DNA from: Chrysomallon squamiferum
Lineage: Eukaryota > Animalia > Mollusca
Assembly (NCBI GenBank): GCA_012295275.1
Contig: CM022677.1
Coordinates: 806,001 to 870,000 of the forward strand
Direction: 5' to 3'
DNA length: 64,000 nt
Shown in pieces: positions 29,427-42,098 of the stretch; within the stretch, counting starts at the first letter, position 1, and each line of letters starts with the position of its first letter. A program made the position numbers and the translations under genes. The notes below the pieces were generated by a model. It had not been told where the DNA came from. It did no database searches and saw only the letters and a program-made list of their open reading frames with translations.

Positions 29427-29879
29427 CAATTCAGATCTTATTCAAAAGCAAAAACAGATCTAATACTAAAATACAAATTTGTTGATTATGAGATTTAAAA
29501 AAAAGTCCCCAAGACAATGCCTCTCTTAATCAGATATTAACTTTCAGCAATTTAATATATGCTAAATTTTAAAATTACCACCTCATTTATTATTTTATTT
29601 GCAAAAACTGTTCTAAAACAAACCATGAAAACTGAGAGACTGCAGATAATAGAAACTTCAGACAACAGGAACTGTACATCCGTCTCTACATCTTTTAGTA
29701 TGTCTGTCATCACAGGAACGGTGACACTGTGTGAAGGGCTGGCAGTTCCAGTCTGGTAAAAGGCAAGTTAAACATTTTAAAATATGATGAAATATGCAGC
29801 TCCCTTATTTTTTTCTTTATTTTTTTTAATATAGAAATAACATTTACAACAAAATAATCACATTGGTATGAATGTAATG

Positions 29880-29927
<48 letters not shown>

Positions 29928-30327
29928 ATAAACTCACAAGTCAAATGTACACAGTATGAAGTGTAGGGTGTGGTACAGGATACTAATGTAATTTGTGTAT
30001 ATGTATACATGTACTTACTGATAAATTATCTACAAACTGCATCTTCATATATTAAATTAAACTTCATTAGCTGATTAGGTTTAGAAAAATGAGAAATATG
30101 TAAGAAAACAAACAAAAATTCACCTGCTCAGATTTGTTCTCTTTTGCAACGGCAGCAGTACAAACTTTATTTAACCAGAAAACAACTGTGTCCTCAGTGT
30201 CTGATGGAAGTTCACTGGTTGTGTTAAAAGTTGTAATTCAACTGAAAGTTTTAAAATTACATGTTCAATAGAGAGGTTTAGCACAGACGTAACTTTCACG
30301 TACTGATTTTCTTGATATGGGACAAGC
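27598..30327 (-). pseudogene. CAMSAP: CAMSAP/patronin partial, intron-containing pseudogene (exons 30124-30327, 29624-29752, 28618-29320, 28134-28267, 27598-27692)
   Basis: SELPSDTEDTVVFWLNKV resembles CAMSAP KELPYDLEDAMVFWINKV. VPVMTDILKDV/DGCTVPVV*SFYY resembles PLxEDLxxDxxDGxALxAxIHxYCP. The next exon matches the end of the CH domain. AG/GT boundaries are kept, with multiple stops and frameshifts. Confidence 0.8.
28681..29207. repeat. Minisatellite, 9 units of 56/59 bp
   Basis: Same unit as 16540-17007. Confidence 0.97.
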
Positions 30328-30739
30328 CTATATGTATGTGTTTACATATAGCAATGTTTTGAAACATTATAAAGGGTGAGTCTTGTTTTTATGATTTTCT
30401 TTAATGTTTGTTAACTAGGCAACATAAATACTGAACATGTTTTAACAAACTTTGCATATATTATATATCCAAATAAAGTGTTTATAAGTTCTAGAGCTGC
30501 AGTTACTTCCCCTGAACAACGTGAAAAATAAATAAACATGAGTAATGATTTGAAGAAAAAATGTAAATAAATAAATGAAATATGACAATTAGTAAATGAA
30601 AAAAGGAAGGGAAACTGAGAAGAAATTTCCATCACTATCTAAGTATCTTATAATATATTACTTGATTTAAACAATTAAATATTTACAAGTAAACCATTTC
30701 TACCTTGCTAGCCTTTTTTTTTTTTTTTTTTTAATTATT

Positions 30740-31209
30740 CCAGACGTAATCAATGAATAATTCAGACTTGAAGTTTTATAATCCTTTATCAAGTTTATGG
30801 AATAGTTGACTAACAGTCCGTAAATCATCAAACGTAAACATTCTGGTTGTAAAGGCTTGCCAGCTACTTACTTTGAAATGGCTTCATCCACTTTTGAAAA
30901 CTACCAAATGTAAATAAAATCATTAATTATGTTCTTACTTACCCTGCCAGACAAAAACAATCAACACAAGATATCACCGTCGGGCTCATATCCACGTGGA
31001 TCTCATGAGGTTTTTCGCTTTTCTTCAACGACCGGTCCGATTTAACTGACGTAAAAATGGTGCCGTCATCATTCCAAAGCATGTTAACAATGTAATCTTC
31101 ACTAAACTACCTGAATCCTTACTGACAGCTTTTCAAAGATATAGTGGTATCTCTTAAATAATCCAGAGAGAAATTCACCGGCAGATTGTGTAAGCGATTC
31201 GTCCGCCAT
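30740..31209 (-). pseudogene. Decayed SWIM-zinc-finger gene fragments of the type linked to YqaJ/lambda-exonuclease and Kolobok-type elements
   Basis: From ATG 31209, with a frameshift: KGFR*FSEDYIVNM...KSDRSLKKSEKPHEIHV...DCFCLAG|gtaagt, like KGFxFFxExYI...RSxRKNExPH...CxCxAG. A second piece at 30740-30900 reads FTFDDLR...KLDKG. Confidence 0.45.
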
Positions 31210-31257
31210 TGTTTTAAGCTTGTGTAACCGTGCAGTGATAGAGTTACATCCCTTTTG

Positions 31258-31266
31258 GGGGCGGAG
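31258..31266 (+). promoter_or_regulatory. GC box in a putative bidirectional promoter
   Basis: GGGGCGGAG lies about 50 nt upstream of the minus-strand ATG at 31209. Plus-strand AG/GT-bounded exon-like segments follow. Confidence 0.3.
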
Positions 31267-32601
31267 TTATAATGTCAGCTGAGGTCATTACAACCGTATA
31301 CAGCCTGCTTCATACTACTGTGACAAATACAGCAGACTTCAGTGATAATGTATGTCAGTATACGCAGACATTACTTGTGTGTATAAACACATGTATTTAA
31401 AAATGTCTCTGTTTATTTAAGTGTTTATTTAATCTGATTTATATTTATTTCGGCATGCCAGTGATCATCACTTTAAACCTGCAGGGTTAGTTAACTCACA
31501 TACGCAGAATTATGTAAATATAACTATATATCATATGCATAAAATACACACTAATATATGTACCTGCATGTATATTATTGAATGTTATTTTTAAAAAACA
31601 ATCCTTTTTGTGGTATTATTATAGGTTTTGAGATAACATGCAAACATAATGATGTTTTATATCACTGTCTGAACTGAAATCAGTTCTTCCACATTTGAAA
31701 TAACACACACACACAGACACACAGAGACACACATACACACATACACAGAAAATGAAAATAATTAATTGAATGTTGTATCAATATTAATTAACAGACGGAT
31801 ACCATGTTAATGGATCTGCTTTAATCTTATGTATTTATTTATAAATTTATTTATTTATCTTTTTATTTTTTTGCTTACCATTAACATTTGTAGTTTTACT
31901 CTTATTCAGTTACAGTTCTTTTGTTTTTATTTTTTTATTATTCTTTTTAAGTATATATTAATATTTTCTCTTATTATGTTACAGATATCATCTACAGTTC
32001 TTTTGTTTTTATTTTTTGTATTATTCTTTTTAAGTGTATATTAATATTTTCTCTTATTATGTTACAGATATCATTTGAAGTGTTTTATCTTGATTAATTT
32101 GTCCCATTAAGCTTGTATAATGATTAAAATATGTTATGACACACTATGTATTTAAATATTTAATTAATTTTAAATTTATTTTTCTTTACAGAGGATATGA
32201 AACTGTTTCCTGCAGTGATGACTTGGGGATGTTCTGTTCTTACACAAACACCTGTAGCCAAAGCAGTTAAATTTGTCACTGTTAATCAAGAACGTAACTC
32301 GTTAAAGGTAAGTGTTTAAAAATTTGTGAAGAACCAGTAATATTCTTGTATGAGTGTTAAAGTCAAAGAATGAGGAATTTTCATTCAGTTTACTGTTGTT
32401 GTTGTTATTTTCACAGTATTTATTATTATAAACTAAATTGTTGTAGGATTCAGGTCAGTGTTATGAACTTAACGGAGAAAAAAAATCACAACATTTTTTA
32501 TTCAGCTTATTATTAATGTTGTTTTCTTTCATCTTCTTGTTCATCTATTATTATTATTATTATTATTATTATTTTTATTGTTATCATCATCATCATCATC
32601 A

Positions 32602-32637
<36 letters not shown>

Positions 32638-33108
32638 TGAATAATTATTATTATATGCTATGTTCATTCATGATTTCTCATGTTGCATATAAAACATCCT
32701 TTAATTGCCAGTGAAGAACTTTCATAGAGGAATTTCTCTTTGTACAATTTCTATTCATAAATTTAGTTTTACACTTAAGAAATATTAATATTTAAAAAAT
32801 TTTAACATGACATTAATGATTCACTGTAAATGTAATCATTCTACATATATGAATCATGATAACCAGTAATATTAAAAAAGTACAGAGATATTAAATATTC
32901 ATTTTTATTCTTATTTATTTACAGCCTTTATAGCAGAACTCTTTGCTATTTCATCCTGGTTTAACATCTGTAAGTTCTAAAATCAGGAAACTGAAATGAA
33001 CTTAGACTGGACAAAGTTCTGTACCAAAACATCATGGAAAGGAACAACCTGCACAAACTATTGTAAGTTTGTCTTTATTATTATGTTTATTAGATTAATA
33101 TTATTCTT

Positions 33109-33162
<54 letters not shown>

Positions 33163-33440
33163 TTGGGAGGATTGTTTAAGAATGTTGGTATGTGAGATAA
33201 AAGACATGGAAAATGTTGGATCAACTCAGGTAAAATTATAATTAACCTTTATGATTTCAGAACATTATTACCCTGTACAAGTGACAGAATTAAATATTTT
33301 AAAATGTAAGCAGTTGTCACATAATGTTACTAAACAAATCCTATCACCTTATAATAATAATACTGATAAATAAATAATAAATTAACTTTACAAAATCAAA
33401 TTCAATATTTATTAAATATGTTGCAGTAGCTTTACTAAAT

Positions 33441-33506
<66 letters not shown>

Positions 33507-33988
33507 TGTGTATATATAACGAGCCATACATTTCAATATGTATATGTACCTGCACTATCTTTTATTTATTTATTTATTTTCTGTAGTTACTTACCTGTTT
33601 CCTTATTTATTTATTTTAGTTTATCCAGAACATGGCAAAAGGAATATATTAGTCACCAGTGCTTCACCATATATCAGCAGTGTCCCTCACCATGGCAACA
33701 TCACTGGTTGTGTAGTCAGTTCTTATGTTTTCTCCAGGTAACAGATTTTATTTTTTGTGTTAGAGTTATCTGCCTTTGCACGCACACGCACACACACACA
33801 CACACATACACACACACATACAATACAATACAATAGAATACAATACAATACAATACATACATACATACTTACGCACGCAGACACGGTCGTACAAACATAA
33901 ACACACGGTTCCCATGGCAGCGCTGAGATGAATGTTTGAAAACTGGGTCCCGGTACTCGCTACCGATGACAATTTCACCTTAAGCAGT

Positions 33989-34032
<44 letters not shown>

Positions 34033-34374
34033 CGAAAAAAAAACACATAAAAAAATAAAGAATAAATAACCAAACAAACAAACAAACAAACAAATAAATA
34101 AATAAATAAACAAACAAATAAATAAATAAATAAATAAAAAAAAAAAAAAAAAAAAAATAAAAGGAAAACATGAGAAAAAGAAATAGTAAAAAATAAAATA
34201 ATAAAACAAAATAAAATAAATAAAATTAAACAAAAATAATAATAATAATAATAATATTAATAATAATAAAAAATAATAATAAATAAATAAATAAATAAAT
34301 AAACATATAAATAAATAAATAAATAAATAAATTAAATAAGGAAATAAATAAATGAATGTATAAATAAAATAAAA

Positions 34375-34439
<65 letters not shown>

Positions 34440-34592
34440 CAACAACAGTAACAATAACAACAACAATAACAATAACAATAGCAATAACAACAACTCCGGA
34501 CTGATCAAACCCCGAAGGTATTTCCCTTCCTCCCGTACGCCGAGCCGAGTGCGTGCTGAGCGGGGCGAACAGGTAAGGAAATAACAACAATA

Positions 34593-35564
34593 AAGTTCCG
34601 TGATCTCAATACAATCCGGAAGTTCCAGCAAACCAGACCTGCTCAGCAAAATACAACAACTACACGAGGACATACAACATACCAAGAAAGAACTAACCAT
34701 GGAGTGGCTCCCAGCACACGTCGGCATCATCGGTGACGAACTTGCCGACCACTACGCCAAAGAGTCACTCAGCATTAAAGACGAAGACATCTGCACGAAA
34801 TTGTCTCCATCGCTGCCAAACATTACGACAAACAATGGCAAAACGAATGGAACAACACCAAAACAAATGGAACTTAAACATCAAAGCATTCGCCAAAACA
34901 CCCAAAATCACACTCGCCAACAAACTACACAACAACAATCTCACCAAAGCCAGAATTGGTTACTCAACCAATCTAAACGCAATTCGATACAAGGATAACA
35001 GCACCACATCACCCAACTGCAGTTGTGGACTCTCAGAAACCATGAAACACTACTTGTTTCGCTGTCCAAATTTTGCCAAGGAAAGACAAGCACTACGCAA
35101 TACACTGGAGGAACTAAAAATCGAGTTCCAGCTCCAACACATCCTGGCACCAAACATGAAAGACAGCCAGTTAGTCCTCGCTGCAGTAACAAATTACATT
35201 CTCAACACAAAGCACAAAATTTAAACTTCTTTTTTTTAAACAGAAAAGGAAACATCAACAGCAGCGAAGAGCAGAACAACCAGGACGGCAAACAATACGG
35301 ACCCGGTGATGGCTGAGAGATTGTGCCGGAGACCACAGGGGGCGAATTGCGGCTGCGAAACATCGGTACCAACTCGTCACGATCCGATATGCTGGACACT
35401 CCCTTGTGTCCTGCAATCGTGGCGAGAATCCATTCTTTTCCCTACCCAAAACTCTTTTCTGCGACGGACACGCCCGCTGACCTGTCAGAAAGCGTGCCCG
35501 TCGCAGACGTGCTTCACAACAGCTTGCTCTGATTAGCACGTTAATTTTTTTCCATTCCTTTCCA
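34593..35564 (+). mobile_element. LINE family A, 3' part: C-terminal RNase H, CCHC finger, structured 3'UTR, TTCCA-type tail
   Basis: SSVISIQSG...EWLPAHVGIIGDELADHYAK continues from the FSDS at about 8860. CSCGLSETMKHYLFRC follows. The tail TTCCATTCCTTTCCA precedes the right TSD at 35565-35576. Confidence 0.93.
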
Positions 35565-35928
35565 TTGAACGAGATCTCTTTGATCAGTGCCCTTCTTGAG
35601 AGTCTTTGTCTGCTCAAGACAAAGGAAAACGCAGACAATGGTAATTATGTTTTAATGTTTTGTTTATGTAACATACATCTTGAATGATTGAAGATAGCTA
35701 AATCTATTACAGTTGAATTTTTCATAGTGTTATTCTGTGGTGCTTACGTTTATAAAAACAAAGATAACGTATTTTAATAATTAAAAGATTATTTAGAAAG
35801 ATCAAGTAATCAACTGGGCTGAATTAGTTTTGTATTATTTGTCAACGCTATTTGCTTTGATAACGTATCGTCGAATCGTACGATTTAACTATGTAACTAT
35901 ATATTACCCTTGAGGGTTAATTTGTGTA

Positions 35929-35966
<38 letters not shown>

Positions 35967-36482
35967 AAACAATTACCCATACTGAATTCGTGTTTGTGTT
36001 ATTGTTCTCTTGTGGATACAGAATAGTCATGTAATAGTTAAGCTGTCTGAGATAATTAACACCTTGTCACGTGATGCTATTATAGTCTGCTGTCCTTTCA
36101 GGTACTAATACCACTCAGACTAGTCACATGACATATGACACTACCTAAAATCCTTTAAGTTAGCATCTCAGAAAACTTATCACCCAACTCCTTGAAATGC
36201 CAAAATTAAGTCAGAGTTTCTGTCAATATTATAAAGAGGATGGACTGTAATTAAGATTAAAAAAGAACAAATCACAACATAATGAACGTTTGTAATATTA
36301 TGTAAAATGTTTCAATTTGACGAAAGTTGTACATTTTGAGTTTCACAAATGTCTAATTTTGAACTGTTGCCATTATCTTTGAATTCAGCTTACGTTAACA
36401 CGTCACACAGCAAACTGCTTAAATAACAAGTTGGTATTTGCTTCATTAATTAAACTTTTACCTGTCTGCGTATCAATTTCAG

Positions 36483-37166
36483 GTATTTGGAAGACGCGAC
36501 AGAGCGTGTTGTTGTCATCATCAGCGCTGACCTCGCACACACGCATCTCAGCACTGACCCATACGGCTACTCCAACGCATCAGAGCCATTCGACCATGTA
36601 AGTACAACCAGTCAGTCGTGCTTGAACCTTTTAAAAATACATTAAAATTTCACCAGAACAACTGTATGAAAGCAGATATGTTTTGTAATAGCACCTGAGT
36701 ACATTTTTATATTTACGATTAGTAGGTGTTAAATAGGCTTATTTATTTGTTTGAGTTAATGAATGTAACTGACGTTTGGGAGAAGTTCTAAAACTATTTA
36801 TGTTTAATGTTATGGGTAGGAAAGAACATGCTGCAACTGTTTTGTCTTCAGTGTTGAAAGACTTGTGTGATTAGTACATAACTGATCACAGTTTGTTTTT
36901 GTTTCATTAATACAGTTGTCACGATGGTTCTCATTATTTGAATATTTCAGGCTGTTGGTGAGTGGGCAGCGACTCTGGACGGCATGTTGCTGTTGAACAG
37001 AGCGGCTGGACTAGTCGATCGCGCAATGTCGTGTGGTTACACGGATCTAGTCATGTTACATGGTCTGTTAGAAACTGCCGGGCTGTCGTCATGGTTACCA
37101 AACGTTTTAGCAAACTATCACCCAAGTTACTACGGTATGATGGTAGCATCATTCGTTCAGAGATGA
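36483..37166 (+). pseudogene. LigB/MEMO-like copy 0, exons 3 (36483-36597) and 4 (36951-37166)
   Basis: [13 protein letters not shown] and AMSCGY...[11 protein letters not shown]. Exon 3 lacks the first 16 nt seen in other copies (deleted between two CAG), which causes a frameshift. Confidence 0.85.
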
Positions 37167-37937
37167 AAAGAAGAATGAAGAAAACATTTCATATGGAAAA
37201 AAATTATACAACAACAACAATAACAACAATAATAATTATAATAATTATCATGATGATGATGATAATGACGGTAATAATAAATAATAACAAGAACAACAAT
37301 GGATATTTAGCTGGGAAGCAGTTGTTTTGTTTTTCGCTACAGACTTCAGTTCCATTTTACATGTGCAGTGATCACACTTCTGTACTTGTATACTTCTTTT
37401 AACAAAACTTGCCTTTGATTTAGTCACTGACTGTGTCTGTAGACGTGTAGGCCTGTTCAGCTTTGATGCAGGCCTATCACACTTACAGGTAACACAGTGT
37501 TTCGGATGCAGCGTTATCTACAAAATGTTATTACAACTTCGATGATGCTGAATTACGAAAGAAAAATGTGAGGCGCGGCCGCTGAAAAGGAGCTAAAGTA
37601 ATACGCCATTATTACCTCAGATTTTCTCACTTACAAATCAACTTTTAATAATGATGATAATAATAATAATAATGATGATGATGATAATGATAATAATAAA
37701 CTTTGATGTTACTCCAAAGCAACCACGTAGTCTTCTATATATCTGTTTTAAAGAACGTTTTTCTAAAACAATGTATTGATACAAACTACTGTGATGCATC
37801 GCTTAACGTTTCTTGTACACGCCCTTTGCCCGTAAAAATAACAAGAAAATAATGGTAACAATGATGCTGCAGCTGCTTCTGCTGATGATGATGATGACAA
37901 TGAGTCATATGATTTAAGAACGAAATAGAAAGTCGAG

Positions 37938-40900
37938 ATGTGTTTTGCAATTGTGATTGTGTTTTTCACATCACTTGATTTATCTTTCTCCAAACTACTG
38001 GCCGGGTTCGTTCTGCCGCACGGCGGAATTGCTCTGGATCCGAAACATTTCAATACAACCAACCACACAGCAAAACAAGAAGCGTGCAAAATTCACGAAG
38101 CCTGCAAAACTGTCGATCAGACGATTCTGTCTTTATCGCCCGACATACTTTTTCTGAGCACGCCCCATGGTATTTCTGACTTAAATAACTTTGTGTTCTA
38201 TTTAAATCTCACAGGAGAAGGCTTTGCAGATACTGATAATTGCAACTGTCCTCCGTGTTGTTATAAAGTAACCGCTAATCTTTCTAGCCAACTTTCGGAA
38301 GACATCGTAAATACATTTGGCTCTGCTCGGAACATATCGGGATTAAGCGGTTATGGTCCACCCGGAAAAAGCGATGAAGCATTTCCACTGAGGTGAGAAA
38401 TAGCATGCATGTAAAAATGAGCATAAACACTTCTTTTTTAAATTAACATAGACTAATAATACTGACAGGAAGAAAAAATTATCGTATAAAAATATAGTTA
38501 TTCATACAGCAATTTCTGTTTTCGATGAATGCAAAGTCTCACAAAAGACTGAGGACCCACAATATGCCGTTTTCGAAACATACAGTACATAAAAATTACA
38601 TATTTATTTGCAATCCTATCCAGAATATATTATACAGAAATGTTTCTATCTAATTTACCACAAAACTGACATTATTATAAAATACTCTTCTAAAGTAGAG
38701 TCATACAATTTTTTCTTTTAAATTTCATTTTCTTGTATTCATTTTGTTACATACTTATTTATTTATTTATTTATTTATTTAATTATTTATTTGGCACACA
38801 TTAAGATGGGGAGAAGTGATACCACTTCATTTGATACCAGATCTGGAAAACACAAAAGTTGTAATTCTCTCGCAGCCCAGCAGACGATATACACATGATG
38901 TTGCCATGATACCAGAACTTCTCCATTTAGGTATTTCACTGTTTGTCTGTATGTGTAAAAATTACATACGATTTGTAAACATTAGTTTATTGGTTATGTA
39001 AAATGCCCTCGTCGCAGATTTGAGCTTCCTATTTTTTTTCTTTTGTGACTTTATCAATATTTTGTAACAACCTTTGGACACCAAATGGATTATCGAAACG
39101 AGTTAAATCGAACAAACAAACAACAACAAAGATAATACATAATAATAAGGAACAAATTAAAAAAAAAATCTGGAATGACATCATTTTACAGGAAGATATT
39201 ATTAAAATGTATTTCCTTGAAGAGAGAAAGTAGATGGTTATTAATAATAAAAATTATTTATGTTCTGGTATGTCTGTGTAGAATGTCATCAAATCCTGCG
39301 TAGTTTAAAAAAAGAAAGAAAACAATTGTCAAAATTAAACGAAACAGTATCTGGGTGTTTTTTCCCACTCTGTTTGCAGTCTTATTAGTAACTGTATATA
39401 CTGACAGTTAGTTATTTACTACCAAATTTCTGTCATAATGCTACCCGATTTATACGATCAGCCAGTTTCATTCATCTGCAGTCATAAATGAAACCAGTTT
39501 TCATTTCGTGTCGTATTTCATCAGTAATTTTGTATTTTCTATGCAGCTATATTTAAAACAAAGTAAAATAAAAAAAACTTTTACTGCTATTCAGCTTGGT
39601 ACGATGTGACAACCTCATTAGTGCCTCTCTGCCAGACTTGTTTTTAATTGTAATTTTGTTTTCTTTGAAGTGAATTATAGAATATTCACTAAATCTTTAT
39701 TTTTATATGCCCCTTAAAGCAGAATGTCTGCTACATTTTATCTGAAATATCTTATTATATTCCGATAATATTTATTTAGTTATCTTGTATAATCATGTTT
39801 ATAATTTATATTTTTACAGTCCTTAACTCTTTACGTAATTAATGACAGAAAATAGGGTTAAACACACAAAAACTAAATAGAAGAGCGTATGCAGATGAGC
39901 ACGGGCTAGTAAGAAGCTGTTTTATATAATTAGGGGAAGTTCCGTTACTTAATAAACTAAGAAACACTGGGGTTTAAGTAACTGAAAATTGGTATTAAAA
40001 GCTTCAAAGTAAATTCAGAAAGGCTATCTGCAGAGTTGTACCTATTCGTGTATAATTAGTCACACGCGTTTTGAACGAGATCTCTTTGATCAGTGCCATT
40101 ATTGAGAGTCTTTGTCTGCACAAGACAAAGGAAAACGAAGACAATGGTTATTATGGTTTAATGTTTTGTATATGTAACATACATCTTGAATGATTGAAGA
40201 TGGCTAAATCTATTAGTTGAATTTTTGATAGAGCTATTCTGTGGTAGAAACTTACATTTATAAAACCAAAGATAACGTATTTTAATAAGTAAAAGATTGT
40301 TTAGAAAGATCAAGTAACCAACTGAGCTGAATTAGTTTTGTATTATTTGTCAACGCTATTTGCTTTGATAACGTATCGTTGAATCGTACGATTTAACTAT
40401 GTAACTATATATTACCCTTGAGGGTTAATTTGTGTAAACAGCATATATATATATATATATATATATTATATAAAACAATTATCCATACTGAATTCGTGTT
40501 TGTGTTATTGTTCTCTTGTGGATACAGAATAGTCATTTAATAGTTAAGCTGTCTGAGATAATTAACACCTTGTCACGTGATGCTATTATAGTCTGCTGTC
40601 CTTTCACGTACTAATACCACTCAGACTACTCATATGGCACTATCTAAAATCCTTTAAGTTAGCATCACAGATAACTTGTCTTATCACCCAACTCCTTCTA
40701 ATGCCAAAATTAACTTAAGATTAAAAAAGAACAAATCACAACATAATGAACGTTTTTAATATTATGTAAAATGTTTCAATTTGACGAAAGTTGTGCGTTT
40801 TGAGTTTCACAAATGTCTAATTTTGAACTGTTGCATTATCTTTGAATTCAGCTTACGTTAACACGTCACACAGCAAACTGGCTAAATAACAAGTTGGTGT

Positions 40901-41645
40901 TTGCTTCATTAATTAAACTTTTACCTGTCTGTGTATCAATTTCAGGTGCTGATTTATACAGGTATTTGTAAGACGCGCCAGAGCGTGTTGTTGTCATCAT
41001 CAGCGCTGACCTCGCACACACGCATCTCAGCACTGGCCCATACGGCTACTCCAACGCATCAGAGACATTCGACCATGTAAGTACAACCAGTCAGTCGTGC
41101 TTGAACCTTTTAAAAATACTTTAAAATTTCACCAGAACAACTGTATCAAAGCAGATATGTTTTGTAATAGCACCTGAGCAGATTTTTGTATTTACGATTA
41201 ATAGGTGTTAAATAGACTTATTTATTTGTTTGAATTAATGAATGTAACTGACGTTTGGGAGAATTTCTAAAACTATTTATGTTTAATGTTATGGGTAGGA
41301 AAGAACATGCTGCAACTGTTTTGTCTTCAGTGTTGAAAGACTTGTGTGATTAGTACATAACGGATCACAGTTTGTTTTTGTTTCATTAATACAGTTGTCA
41401 CGTTGGTTCTCATTATTTGAATATTTGAGGCTGTTGGTGAGTGGGCAACGACTCTGGACGGCATGTTGCTGTTGAACAGAGCGGCTGGACTAGTCGATCG
41501 CGCGCTGTCGTGTGGTTACACGGGTCTAGTCATGTTACATGGTCTGTTAGAAACTGCCGGGCTGTCGTCATGGTTACCAAACGTTTTAGCAAACTATCAC
41601 CCAAGTTACTACGGTATGATGGTAGCATCATTCGTTCAGAGATGA
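37938..41645 (+). pseudogene. LigB/MEMO-fold dioxygenase-like gene, 4 exons (37938-38392, 38806-38930, 40946-41076, 41430-41645), premature stop
   Basis: The exon phases join into a 308-codon frame with a hydrophobic N-terminus and motifs LPHGG, STPHG, RWGE, SADLAH, ALSCG, YYGM. GAA>TAA at 40969-40971; the exon 4 acceptor is gag rather than cag. Confidence 0.85.
40051..40135 (+). ncRNA. Candidate small RNA gene (TATA-like box plus ~52-nt unit ending in an 8-bp hairpin); empty LINE target site
   Basis: TATAATTA at 40051 and ATCTCTTTGATC starting 29 nt later. Hairpin CTTTGTCT-N5-AGACAAAG has an invariant stem and a variable loop across three copies (35604, 40110, 57383). Confidence 0.25.
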
Positions 41646-41927
41646 AAAGAAGAATGAACAAAACATTTCATATGGAAATGAAGAAAAATTATACAATAAC
41701 AACAATAATAATTATAATAATTATGATGATGATGATGATAATGATGGTAATAATAAATAATAACAAGAACAACAATGGATCTTTAGCTGGGAAGCCGCTG
41801 TTTTTTTTTTTTCGCTATAGACTCGAGAGTTCCATTTTACATGTGCACTGATCACACTTCTGTACTTGTGTACTTCTTTTAACACAACTTGCCTTTGATT
41901 TCGTCACTGACTGTGTCTGTAGACGTG

Positions 41928-42098
41928 TATACAGTGTTATACAGCGTTATACAGTGTTATACAGCGTTATACAATATTATACAGCGTTATACAGTGTTAT
42001 ACAGCGTTATATAAGTGTTATACAGCATCATACAGTGTTATACAGCGTTATACAGTGTTATACAGTGTTATACAGCGTTATACAGTGTTATACAGCGT
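41928..42098. repeat. 10-bp minisatellite (TATACAGYGT)n
   Basis: Direct tandem repeats; paralogue at 59227-59447. Confidence 0.95.

Larger units (their letters stand above)
21074..33979. mobile_element. Possible Kolobok-like composite element (12.9 kb) bounded by ~70-bp inverted repeats and TTAA
   Basis: TTAA|GGCGAAATTGACATCGGTAGC...GTTGCCATGGGAA at 21070-21143 versus TTCCCATGGCAGC...GCTACCGATGACAATTTCACC|TTAA at 33909-33983. A shorter internal inverted copy ends at 21611. Contains SWIM-gene remnants; no DDE transposase seen. Confidence 0.4.

Noticed and set aside
34500-34585. Hammerhead/HDV ribozyme, U12 snRNA or SL RNA at the GC-rich element
   Set aside because: CTGATCA lacks the CUGANGA core and no correctly placed GAAA/UH was found. 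No HDV double pseudoknot could be drawn. GTAAGGAAATAAC alone is too short for U12, and no Sm site follows the AGGTAAG.
36962-37402. [16 protein letters not shown]... (also 41441, 47824, 58738)
   Set aside because: It is an alternative frame overlapping the real LigB-like exon 4 and running into 3'UTR microsatellite.
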